Source: Dehalococcoidia bacterium (GTDB lineage: Bacteria > Chloroflexota > Dehalococcoidia > Lucifugimonadales > JAGWBF01). From it: DNA of 24,000 nt. The position numbers were made by a program, and so were the translations under genes. The stretch's first letter is position 1. Each line of letters starts with the position of its first letter. The stretch lies in contig CBDFGE010000005.1 of the NCBI GenBank assembly GCA_965247055.1, positions 159,781 through 183,780 of the forward strand. The letters are read 5' to 3'. Shown here in pieces: positions 15,235-22,515 of the stretch. The notes under the pieces are model-generated. The model was not told the DNA's origin. It did no database searches and saw only the letters and a list, made by a program, of their open reading frames with translations.

Positions 15235-15515
15235 AACCCGAAGCTCCGTGACAAAAAATCCCGTTCCACCTTGAGCTGCCCAATCTGTTGGTAGAGCTGG
15301 GCAGTGAGGACCTCTTGGTCCTTCTCCTGGCGTCCACCACCATTTTCAAAGAGGTGCGGCGCCCCCTGAGTCAAGGCCTTCTTCCAGGCATGGATCTGGC
15401 TCGGGTGGACTTCAAACTGGCTGGCCAGCTCTGCAATGGTGTGCTCCCCCTGGAGCGCGGCCAAAGCCACTTTGGCCTTGAAGACTGGGCTGTGCTTCTT
15501 ACGTGTTTGCTTCAT
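15231..15515 (-). CDS. IS3-family transposase OrfA (HTH DNA-binding part)
   Basis: The string [38 protein letters not shown] is a typical IS3 OrfA helix-turn-helix, followed by a leucine-zipper-like tail. Confidence 0.9.
   Translation of the reverse strand: MKQTRKKHSPVFKAKVALAALQGEHTIAELASQFEVHPSQIHAWKKALTQGAPHLFENGGGRQEKDQEVLTAQLYQQIGQLKVERDFLSRSFGL
15252..15258 (-). other. Programmed -1 ribosomal frameshift heptamer U UUU UUG linking OrfA to OrfB
   Basis: The minus strand reads GAT TTT TTG TCA in the orfA frame. Slipping -1 gives ...[20 protein letters not shown], which matches the listed OrfB N-terminus. Confidence 0.7.
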
Positions 15516-15621
15516 GTCCTGCTCCTTGTTTCCGTCCTATTTTAGGAGCGGGACTCTCTCTTAGCCACCTGTCCGAATTTTGGGGTCCACCTCACTGGTC
15601 AACGCGGTCCGGCGGTTAGGG

Positions 15622-15663
15622 AGGATGACGTGAAGATCAGCATAATGGACTACCCAGAAATCA
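15622..15663 (-). mobile_element. Inverted, internally deleted fragment resembling the left end of the IS256-family element
   Basis: Three collinear blocks are shared with 12833-12912: TGATTT, TCCATT(T)ATG and the 10-mer ACGTCATCCT. The orientation is opposite and about 33 nt, including the IR core, is missing. Confidence 0.4.
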
Positions 15664-15752
15664 TCCTTTTGACGGGAACATATTTCCTTCCTCCTTCGTC
15701 TTGAATTATAGAACCGGTTCCAGATCACAAATTTCAGAAGGAGAATAGGACA

Positions 15753-16352
15753 ATGAAGAAATGGATGATAACCTTGATTGGCTTGACCTTCACCCTCGCC
15801 GTAGCGGGAATAGTCACCGGATTTACGCTGAACGCTGGGTCCGGCGAACCAGCGCAGGACCCGACTGCCACCAGCATAGACGACATCGACCCCAACGTGT
15901 GCAACGCGATCCACAACATAAATGCCTGCACTCCCGAGGAGCTGGAAGACCTTGGAGTGGCCCCTCACGGTGACCCCACCTACGACGATTGGCTATCCGA
16001 CTTCGGAGATGGACGAGTCGTCACCAGCATAGACAACGTCGACCCCAACGCGTGCGACTATATCCACAATATCAACGCCTGCACCGCCGAGGAGCTAGAG
16101 GAGCTGGGCAACCTAGCAGCGATATCTTGGATAGTTGATCCCGACACCGTAGTAGAGGGTGAGCCCGAGCCCCCGTTCGTGGATGGCGAGCCAGTCACGA
16201 ATCAGGAGTGCGATCTGGCTGGGGGGACTTTCTGGGCTAGCTCTGATGGCAAGGTTGGGTGCGACATCGTCAACGATCCTGAGGACGGTGGAGAAGGTGA
16301 GACCCAAGCGCAGCCTCCGGTGGTGATACCCCAGGTCGATCCATCCGCCTAA
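15753..16352 (+). CDS. Acidic, N-terminally anchored or secreted protein with two copies of a Cys-pair module
   Basis: AAGGAG lies 9 nt before the ATG. The TM or signal segment is WMITLIGLTFTLAVAGIVTGF. The modules are SIDDIDPNVCNAIHNINACTPEELEDLG and SIDNVDPNACDYIHNINACTAEELEELG. A strong terminator lies downstream. Confidence 0.75.
   Translation: MKKWMITLIGLTFTLAVAGIVTGFTLNAGSGEPAQDPTATSIDDIDPNVCNAIHNINACTPEELEDLGVAPHGDPTYDDWLSDFGDGRVVTSIDNVDPNACDYIHNINACTAEELEELGNLAAISWIVDPDTVVEGEPEPPFVDGEPVTNQECDLAGGTFWASSDGKVGCDIVNDPEDGGEGETQAQPPVVIPQVDPSA
15870..16110 (+). repeat. Intragenic direct duplication of about 88 bp, period 153 bp (15870-15957 and 16023-16110)
   Basis: ACCAGCATAGACgACaTCGACCCCAACGtGTGC... 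versus ACCAGCATAGACaACgTCGACCCCAACGcGTGC... These are roughly 80% identical by eye. Confidence 0.8.
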
Positions 16353-16382
16353 TAAGGAGCTACGACCCTGCTACATGAAATA

Positions 16383-16428
16383 GACGAGGCCGCCGGTTAC
16401 CCACAACCGGCGGCCTCGTTCTATCATT
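16383..16428 (+). terminator. Rho-independent terminator after the Cys-repeat gene
   Basis: A 15-bp perfect stem ACGAGGCCGCCGGTT / AACCGGCGGCCTCGT has a 6-nt loop and is followed by TCTATCATT. Confidence 0.7.
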
Positions 16429-16861
16429 GGGGTATTTCTCGGCTTACATGGTCTTCTTCTGTGTATGAATTGTCCGTTCACGCTGGTCCGACGAAAGACA
16501 GCCGGGAAATTCGACAACATCGCCTTCTAATTATAAGGATTTTCCTGTTGTGGGCAGTGATAATATCGGTGTACAGGGGCTACGCGCCAACCGACTGCGC
16601 GTCTAGGCGACAGTCCGCTAGTGGCTTGAATCGTCAGGCTACCAGGCAGCGCACGCCGCATCTTGCTAGCTCGCCGGCCCGCAGGCTACTCACAATCCCC
16701 CTGAGCGGGGCGGACTTTACCGCGCTGGCTAGCTCCTCGACCCACTTTAACGAGCTGCTGGCCGAAGTGATGGAGCAGCGTCTGTCCGGTAGGGACGTCG
16801 CGGGGTGAGTTAGCCGGCGGCGGTGAGAGTAAGCTGCTCAGCGGCTCGGTGCGGCCTCGAC

Positions 16862-16890
16862 TTGAGGGTGGGCAAGGGGGATGGTATACT
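16862..16890 (+). promoter_or_regulatory. Candidate extended -10 promoter for the LLM oxidoreductase gene
   Basis: TTGAGG (16862-16867), a 17 nt spacer, then TGgTATACT (-10 at 16885-16890). It lies about 90 nt upstream of GTG 16979. Confidence 0.45.
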
Positions 16891-16978
16891 TGGGCAGAGC
16901 GCGCACTCGACTAGTATGACCCGGGATCATCACCTGGGAGAGTTCGGACTCGCACCCGGCCTGGAAGGGAGCTGACCG

Positions 16979-18112
16979 GTGAAATTTGGCCTTATGTACG
17001 AAATGCAGCGGCCTCGCCCCGACGGCAAGGTCGACCACACGGCGCTGATAGAGGAGACTCTAGAACAGGTCGTGCTCGGCGACGAGCTGGGGTTCGACTA
17101 TGTCTGGTTCGTGGAGCATCACTTCCTCAGCACCTTCTCCGGCTCCTCGGCGCCCGAGGTAATGGTCTCGGCGCTGGCAAGAATGACCAAGCGCATCCGG
17201 CTGGGGTTCGGCGTCGTTATACTGCCCAACCACCATCCCATCCAGGTGGCCGAGCGCATCGCCATGATCGACCACCTTTCGGGCGGGCGCGTAGAGTTCG
17301 GGACGGGCCGCAGCAGCCCCTACGAACAGACGGGCCTGGGCATCGATCCCAGGGATAGCCGGGACATGTGGGACGAGTCCCTCCGCATGATTCCCAAGAT
17401 ATGGGCCGCGGAGGACTCCTTCGAGTGGGAGGGCAGGTTCTACAAGGTTCCCGAACGTCAGATCCTGCCCAAGCCCAAGCAGTCCCCCCATCCTCCCATC
17501 TGGCTCGCCTGCACCCAGCCCGCCAGCTTCCAGCTGGCGTGGGAGCGGGGGATCGGGGTCCTCTCCTTCGGTTCGGGCATGCCGACCAACATGAAACATC
17601 ACATCGACACCTACCGGGAGAACGTCGTCAACGCGGAACCGGTGGGTGGGTTCATTAACAACCAGTGGGCCAACTTCACTTTGGCGTACTGCGCGGATAA
17701 CAACGGCGAGGCCCGTGCCCTGGGCGCCCACGCCATCAAGGAGTTCTTCGGCCCTGACCGCCCCTACTCGGCGAACCGCAAGGAGGTCTTCGAACAGCTA
17801 CTGGAGTCGTGGGGCGGCGTTCCCCCCGAGCACCTGGCGGCGACCTTCCAGCGGCTGGACAGCGGCTCTCTGGACCTGGCGGGGGGCGGGACGCCCAGGC
17901 ACCTGCTGGGGAACCTGCCCCCGGACCTCCTCTGCGAGCGGGGCGTCATCGTCGCCGGGAATCCCGATAGCTGCATCGAGGCGGCCAGACGCCACGAGGA
18001 GGCGGGCTGCGACCAGCTCCTGGTGGTCATGCAAACGGACCAGATACCCCACGAGAAGGTAATGAAGTCCATCAGGCTGTTCGGCACGGAAGTGCTTCCC
18101 GCATTCCGGTAG
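16979..18112 (+). CDS. LLM-class (luciferase-like) flavin-dependent oxidoreductase/monooxygenase
   Basis: The N-terminus MKFGLMYEMQ...LGFDYVWFVEHHF, plus GRVEFGTGRS and PKPKQSPHPPIW, are hallmark strings of the bacterial luciferase-like family. GGAAGGGAG lies upstream of the GTG. Confidence 0.9.
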   Translation: MKFGLMYEMQRPRPDGKVDHTALIEETLEQVVLGDELGFDYVWFVEHHFLSTFSGSSAPEVMVSALARMTKRIRLGFGVVILPNHHPIQVAERIAMIDHLSGGRVEFGTGRSSPYEQTGLGIDPRDSRDMWDESLRMIPKIWAAEDSFEWEGRFYKVPERQILPKPKQSPHPPIWLACTQPASFQLAWERGIGVLSFGSGMPTNMKHHIDTYRENVVNAEPVGGFINNQWANFTLAYCADNNGEARALGAHAIKEFFGPDRPYSANRKEVFEQLLESWGGVPPEHLAATFQRLDSGSLDLAGGGTPRHLLGNLPPDLLCERGVIVAGNPDSCIEAARRHEEAGCDQLLVVMQTDQIPHEKVMKSIRLFGTEVLPAFR

Positions 18113-18119
18113 GCGGCAC

Positions 18120-18138
18120 GGTCTGGGCCCTCCAGACC
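18120..18138. terminator. Weak hairpin between convergent LLM and MscS genes
   Basis: GGTCTGG-gccct-CCAGACC. There is no clear T tract. Confidence 0.25.
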
Positions 18139-18170
18139 CTCCGTCCAACAGTCTGTTCGAAGGTCAGCTA

Positions 18171-19355
18171 TCAGTTGGGGTCCGGCCCATCATCACCCTG
18201 CCCGGGGTCTCCGGATGTGGCAGGTGATGTATGCACCTGACCGGGCAGGAGCCGACCTAGTAGTTCTTCTGGCCCCTGCTCATCTGGAAACTGGAGAGTC
18301 CGGACCGGGTAGTTGATCACGATACCTTCTTCGTTCAACCGCCGGTGGAGCCGCTGCATCAATGCCGACCGCAGCCAAAAGCTAGCCAGCCTGTCCTTGG
18401 CCTGAACGAATAGCCAAAAATCCACGTTGGAATCGCCGAACTTGTCGAACCCGAAATATCCTCCGTACTCCTTGATGCCGTGGGGGCTGGTATCCAGCTC
18501 TTCATCCATTACCTCGCGGCAGACCCGCTCGACATGATACAGGTTGCTGTCATAGCTGACGCCGCAGGTCAGAAAGACGTTTACCTGGGGAGCGGGCCTT
18601 TGGGTGTTGGTGACTATGGTCTCGGCAAACCTGGAGTTGGGCACCACCACCAGGTTATTGTGCCAGGTACGGATGCGGACACTTCGCCAGCCCACGTCTA
18701 CCACGTAGCCGGCTACGCCGCCTTCCAACTCGATGTAGTCCCCGGGTGAGATGACCCCCTCCGTCATCACGTAGGTCCCGGCAAACAGGTTGGCTAGCGT
18801 GGGCTGAATGGCTAGAGCGACCGCCAGGCCGCCAAGGCCGAGCCCGGCGATAAGCGGGGTGACGTCCACGCCCAGCTGGTCCAGCATCAACAATCCGCCC
18901 ACCACGTAAACCAGCGTCACCCCAATCCTGCGGAATAGAGGGACCAGTCTTGTAGCGAGGTTACTTCCGGCGGCGAGAGCGTTTGCCCTCTCCAGGTACC
19001 ACCCAAAAGCGTTGGAGATCACCGAAGCCACACCAACAACGCCCAGAATAAGCCCGAGGAGGCCAGCTACGGTATTCAAGGCCCTCTGTTGCCCGCCTAT
19101 CAGGTCGAAGGGCAGCGTAAGCGCCAGATAAGCCCCCAAGACAACTATCCCAAAAGTAAGGGGCCGCCGGGCGGCACGCACCAGCCGGGAGTCCAGGTCC
19201 GTGGGGGTCCAGTGGGTGAACCTTAGGATGAGAGGGAACAGTAGTTTGTGAAAGATCAGGGCAAGAATCAGCGAGAGCAGGAAGATGCTCGCAGCAATGC
19301 TAGGGTCCAACCACTGCGGGTCTCCCAATCCGAAGCGGGCTTCGTAAGAGTACAT
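18171..19355 (-). CDS. MscS-family mechanosensitive ion channel
   Basis: The pore-helix and beta-domain signature is GLGLGGLAVALAIQPTLANLFAGTYVMTEGVISPGDYIELEGGVAGYVVDVGWRSVRIRTWHNNLVVVPNSRF. Several N-terminal TM helices are present. Confidence 0.9.
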   Translation of the reverse strand: MYSYEARFGLGDPQWLDPSIAASIFLLSLILALIFHKLLFPLILRFTHWTPTDLDSRLVRAARRPLTFGIVVLGAYLALTLPFDLIGGQQRALNTVAGLLGLILGVVGVASVISNAFGWYLERANALAAGSNLATRLVPLFRRIGVTLVYVVGGLLMLDQLGVDVTPLIAGLGLGGLAVALAIQPTLANLFAGTYVMTEGVISPGDYIELEGGVAGYVVDVGWRSVRIRTWHNNLVVVPNSRFAETIVTNTQRPAPQVNVFLTCGVSYDSNLYHVERVCREVMDEELDTSPHGIKEYGGYFGFDKFGDSNVDFWLFVQAKDRLASFWLRSALMQRLHRRLNEEGIVINYPVRTLQFPDEQGPEELLGRLLPGQVHTSPATSGDPGQGDDGPDPN

Positions 19356-19435
19356 CAGCTAAGATCACTCCTCTTGATTCTGGTCAACGCATAGTCTGGC
19401 CAAAGCCGAGCTAGAACCTCCTCAGGATTAGCGTG

Positions 19436-20251
19436 CTACCGATTCAGTTCCTCTCTGAGAGTGTCCACCAGGAGGGGCAGAATCTCGCCGGAGTAGCCCT
19501 TCAGGACCACGTCGGCGAGCTGGGTGAGTGACGTCTGGTGGGGATTGACCTCGATGAGGCGGGCGCCCCTTTCCCGCGCTGCTACGGGCAGGCTGGCGGC
19601 GGGACGTACCGTGCCCGACGTGCCCACCATGAGCATGCAGTCGCACTTCTCCATCTGCTCCAGGCATATCGCCAGCACGTCGGGTGGTATCGGCTCGCCA
19701 AACATGACGCTGTCGATCTTTACTATGCCGCCGCACTCGGGACAGCGTGGAGGCAGCTCGGCCAGGTGGAACTGGTCCCTGGGCAGGCGAAGGCCGCACA
19801 CGAGGCAGCGGAGCCTGGTGCGGTTGCCGTGGATCTCGGCCACATTGGCGCTCCCCGCCCTGTGGTGCAGGTTGTCCACGTTCTGGGTGATGAGGTATTT
19901 GAGCAGCCCCATACGTTCCAGGTCCGCCAGGGCGTGGTGCCCGGGGTTGGGGGCGGCCCCGTCCACGGCTACCTTCAGCTGGTAGGTGGTGTTGTCCGGC
20001 TCCGACTCGTCCCTCAGCCGCTGCTGCCACCATCCGGCCGGGTCCTTTATAAACTGGTGATAGTTCAGCGACGAGGGCTGGCCGTAGCGGGTCCACAGGC
20101 CGTCTGGACCGCGAAAGGTGGGTATGCCGCTCTCCACAGACATCCCCGCGCCCACGGTGGCTACCAGGTGGCGGGAGGAGCGAATGAGGCCCGAGGCCTC
20201 CCGGAGACCGGCTTCGAGTCCCTCGGCCAGACCTCTGTCCCTTTGGTCCAA
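19436..20251 (-). CDS. cobB: NAD-dependent protein deacylase, Sir2/CobB family
   Basis: It has GAGMSVESGIPTFRG, TQNVDNLH, EIHGN and a Zn-ribbon CLVCG...CPECGG. I prefer the TTG at 20251 (AAGGAG 6 nt upstream) to the listed start at 20296. Confidence 0.85.
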   Translation of the reverse strand: MDQRDRGLAEGLEAGLREASGLIRSSRHLVATVGAGMSVESGIPTFRGPDGLWTRYGQPSSLNYHQFIKDPAGWWQQRLRDESEPDNTTYQLKVAVDGAAPNPGHHALADLERMGLLKYLITQNVDNLHHRAGSANVAEIHGNRTRLRCLVCGLRLPRDQFHLAELPPRCPECGGIVKIDSVMFGEPIPPDVLAICLEQMEKCDCMLMVGTSGTVRPAASLPVAARERGARLIEVNPHQTSLTQLADVVLKGYSGEILPLLVDTLREELNR

Positions 20252-20301
20252 GGTAGGCTCCTTGACTACAGCCCTGGTGAAGCGTGTCGCCTTCAATTCT
20301 A

Positions 20302-21546
20302 TCAGGGCGCATGGCTCTGTGAAACAGAGCCATGCGCCGGGGTCCCGGCTGATACCACCCGGCCCCCTGCCACCAGGTAGAAGCTGGCGTCGGGAAGGAC
20401 ACTCCTTTCGATGGACTCCGGGTCCGTGGTTGTGATGATCACCTGCTGGTACTCGCCCGCCCTCTTCAGGACATGGCTTCTGCGTGTGGCGTCCAGCTCG
20501 GACAGGACGTCGTCGAGGAGCAGTATGGGCCCCTCGCCTCGCTGGGCCACCAGATAGCCGGCCTCCGACAGTCTCAGGGTAAGGGCCAGAGTCCTGGCCT
20601 GGCCCCTGGAGGCGTAGGCATGCATATCTACGCCGTTCACCAGGAGGGCGAAGTCATCCCGGTGGGGGCCGACCACCGTGGAGCCCATGCCCAGCTCCCT
20701 TCTCTTGGACGCATCCAGGGCCGCCGCCATCTCCCGTTCCATGTCGCCGGGGACAACCTGCCCGTGCCGGGGTACGTTGGGCCTGTACTCTATCCTGAGG
20801 TCCTCCCCGGCGCCGGCGAGGTCCCGGTGTTTCTCACGGCAGAGGACGGAAAGGGAGCACATGGCCTCATACCTTTTCCCCACGATCCAGGCGCCCTCCT
20901 TGACCAGCTCCCGGTCCCAGAATTCCAGCTCGTCCTCGCCGGCCCTCCTCTCCTGGAGGGACCTGAGGAGGCGGTTGCGCTGGAGGAGGACCCTCTGGTA
21001 GCGTTGAAGCGTCCTGAGATAGGATGGGTCGACCTGGGACATGAGTATGTCCAGGAAACGGCGCCGTCCCGAGGGAGACCCCTGTACCAGCTCGAGGTCT
21101 TCGGCGGTGAACACGACAGCGTTGACCAGACCGACTAGGTCGGCGGCGGTGCGCTTGACTCTGCTAACCCGTATCTGCCTCCGGACTCCGAGGGGCCGTT
21201 CCCTCGGGCCCCGGTCCTCGGAACCAGGTACCTCCCCTTGGGAACCATGAGCCGGCGGCGGCGCAACCCACTGGTAGCCGACATAGACCTGAAGCGTCTG
21301 GTCTTTCTTTTCGATGGTCCCGGCCACCAGTGCCTGGCCGCCCTCCCGAGCGGCCTGCCAGTTAACGACCTCGTGCTCGTTGTCGGCCCGAAAGGGCCTG
21401 GCGATGGACAGTAGGTACATCGCCTCAAGAAGGCTGGTCTTGCCCTGGGCGTTGCCTCCGGAGAGCACCACCACCCCGGGGGGTAAGTCCAGTTCCAGCC
21501 GAACGAAATTCCGGAAGTTGGTCAGGCCCAAATGAGACAGGTACAC
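20302..21546 (-). CDS. recF: DNA replication and repair protein RecF
   Basis: The N-terminus L.L.NFRNF......PGVVVLSGGNAQGKTSLLEAMYLLS carries Walker A. The signature region is SRGQARTLALTLRLSE and Walker B is ILLLDDVLSELD. There is a GTG start. Confidence 0.9.
   Translation of the reverse strand: MYLSHLGLTNFRNFVRLELDLPPGVVVLSGGNAQGKTSLLEAMYLLSIARPFRADNEHEVVNWQAAREGGQALVAGTIEKKDQTLQVYVGYQWVAPPPAHGSQGEVPGSEDRGPRERPLGVRRQIRVSRVKRTAADLVGLVNAVVFTAEDLELVQGSPSGRRRFLDILMSQVDPSYLRTLQRYQRVLLQRNRLLRSLQERRAGEDELEFWDRELVKEGAWIVGKRYEAMCSLSVLCREKHRDLAGAGEDLRIEYRPNVPRHGQVVPGDMEREMAAALDASKRRELGMGSTVVGPHRDDFALLVNGVDMHAYASRGQARTLALTLRLSEAGYLVAQRGEGPILLLDDVLSELDATRRSHVLKRAGEYQQVIITTTDPESIERSVLPDASFYLVAGGRVVSAGTPAHGSVSQSHAP
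20306..20338. repeat. Perfect 14-bp-stem palindrome overlapping the last codons of recF
   Basis: GGCGCATGGCTCTG-tgaaa-CAGAGCCATGCGCC read directly from the sequence. Confidence 0.8.
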
Positions 21547-21637
21547 CCTGTTTCCCCCATGGAGTGGATAGGGATCGGTCGGAGGGGCTGGGACTGGAAG
21601 TCTCGTATCGAGGCGGGGCCCGGGTCACTGGGACGCG

Positions 21638-22399
21638 CTATCCCGGGGCCTTCAGCATCTCTATCCTTCTCTCCAGGTCCCGGACTCCGGGCTCATCTCC
21701 GTTGCAGAGTTTGTAGCAACGGTCCAGGTAAAGCTCGGCCAACTGGGCGCCTCGGGCTGCGGAATCCGATACGGCCTGGAGCAGGCTAGGTATGTAATAT
21801 TGCTCCGGCAAGTACCGGCCCAGGATGAGTATCTCGTCCTCTATTTCCCCGCTGGTCTGCCGGTCGTTACCCTCGACGGCGAAGCGAAGTTTGCCCACCA
21901 GCTTGGACAGCTCGGCCAGCCTGTCCCGCTCGCTCATGAGGCTGAACAGCACCTCATTGACGCTGGGGGACTCCCTTTCCCGCTGGGCCTCGGCGTCCCT
22001 CGTGGCCTGTTTGGAGTGTTCCGTCCAGGCATCGGCATACTGCCTTACCACGTCCGTCACCGCCTGCATCATCTCCGGCAGCTCCTGAGAGTACATAGTG
22101 CCGGCGCACAGCAGATCGTCGTCCCTCAGTTCGGCCAGACGCTGAAGCTCAGCGTATCCGGCCATCTCCTCGGGCACGGGCGGCAACGAAAAAGCGGCCA
22201 GATCGCTTGTGCTCATGCTTCCCAGGTGATTGGCGAGGAAGGGGGGGACGTACTTGGCGAAGTCCACGGAGATGGGAAGCACTATGATATAGGTGGCGTA
22301 GACCTTGTCGGGCTCCGACCGGGAGCGAAAGTAGGCCAGGGCGTGGCCTTTGGGCTTCCGAGGGTCGCCTCTTTCAAAGCTGACGTCCATGCCATCCAT
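21638..22399 (-). CDS. Hypothetical protein (253 aa), globular N-domain plus acidic helical C-domain
   Basis: The long ORF has coding-like composition and sits in a same-strand tight array between the PAC2 gene and recF. I recognise no motif. Confidence 0.7.
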   Translation of the reverse strand: MDGMDVSFERGDPRKPKGHALAYFRSRSEPDKVYATYIIVLPISVDFAKYVPPFLANHLGSMSTSDLAAFSLPPVPEEMAGYAELQRLAELRDDDLLCAGTMYSQELPEMMQAVTDVVRQYADAWTEHSKQATRDAEAQRERESPSVNEVLFSLMSERDRLAELSKLVGKLRFAVEGNDRQTSGEIEDEILILGRYLPEQYYIPSLLQAVSDSAARGAQLAELYLDRCYKLCNGDEPGVRDLERRIEMLKAPG

Positions 22400-22463
22400 C
22401 CGATGCCGTATGATAAGCCCGCTGGTTAATGGAACCGATCAGGAAGCGGGAGCCCAGTGTCTG

Positions 22464-22499
22464 CCCTTCAGAATGGCGTAGCCAGGGGCGTTCTGAGGG
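22464..22499. repeat. Short hairpin CCCTTCAGAA...TTCTGAGGG after the PAC2 gene, possibly a miniature relative of the CTCAGAATGAC palindrome family
   Basis: The arms at 22464-22473 and 22491-22499 are complementary with one bulge. The string CCCTTCAGAATGGC resembles CCCTCAGAATGAC at 6984-6996. Confidence 0.35.
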
Positions 22500-22515
22500 A
22501 TCGCGGAGCCCCTGC

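Larger units (their letters stand above)
14282..15594 (-). mobile_element. IS3-family insertion sequence (1313 bp)
   Basis: The terminal inverted repeats are TCAAGTAGACCCCAtgatcAGGACAG..GGCTAA..AGAGAGTC (14282 onward) and TGAGGTGGACCCCAaaattcGGACAGGTGGCTAAGAGAGAGTC (reverse complement ending at 15594). It has the orfA/orfB arrangement with a slippery site. Confidence 0.85.

Noticed and set aside
14449-15294. 281-aa plus-strand ORF
   Set aside because: It is antisense to the unambiguous IS3 OrfB transposase, so it is a shadow ORF.
19436-20251. The Sir2 protein as an anti-phage (Thoeris or DSR-like) effector
   Set aside because: It has the full housekeeping sirtuin layout, with NAD-binding motifs plus a Zn ribbon, at about 270 aa. 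There is no fused sensor domain or partner gene, and it is embedded among core genes.
19428-20402. 324-aa minus-strand ORF overlapping the sirtuin gene, and the plus-strand ORFs 19524-19985 and 19538-20380
   Set aside because: The translations are Arg/Pro/Gly-rich, while the alternative frame carries every canonical Sir2 motif.
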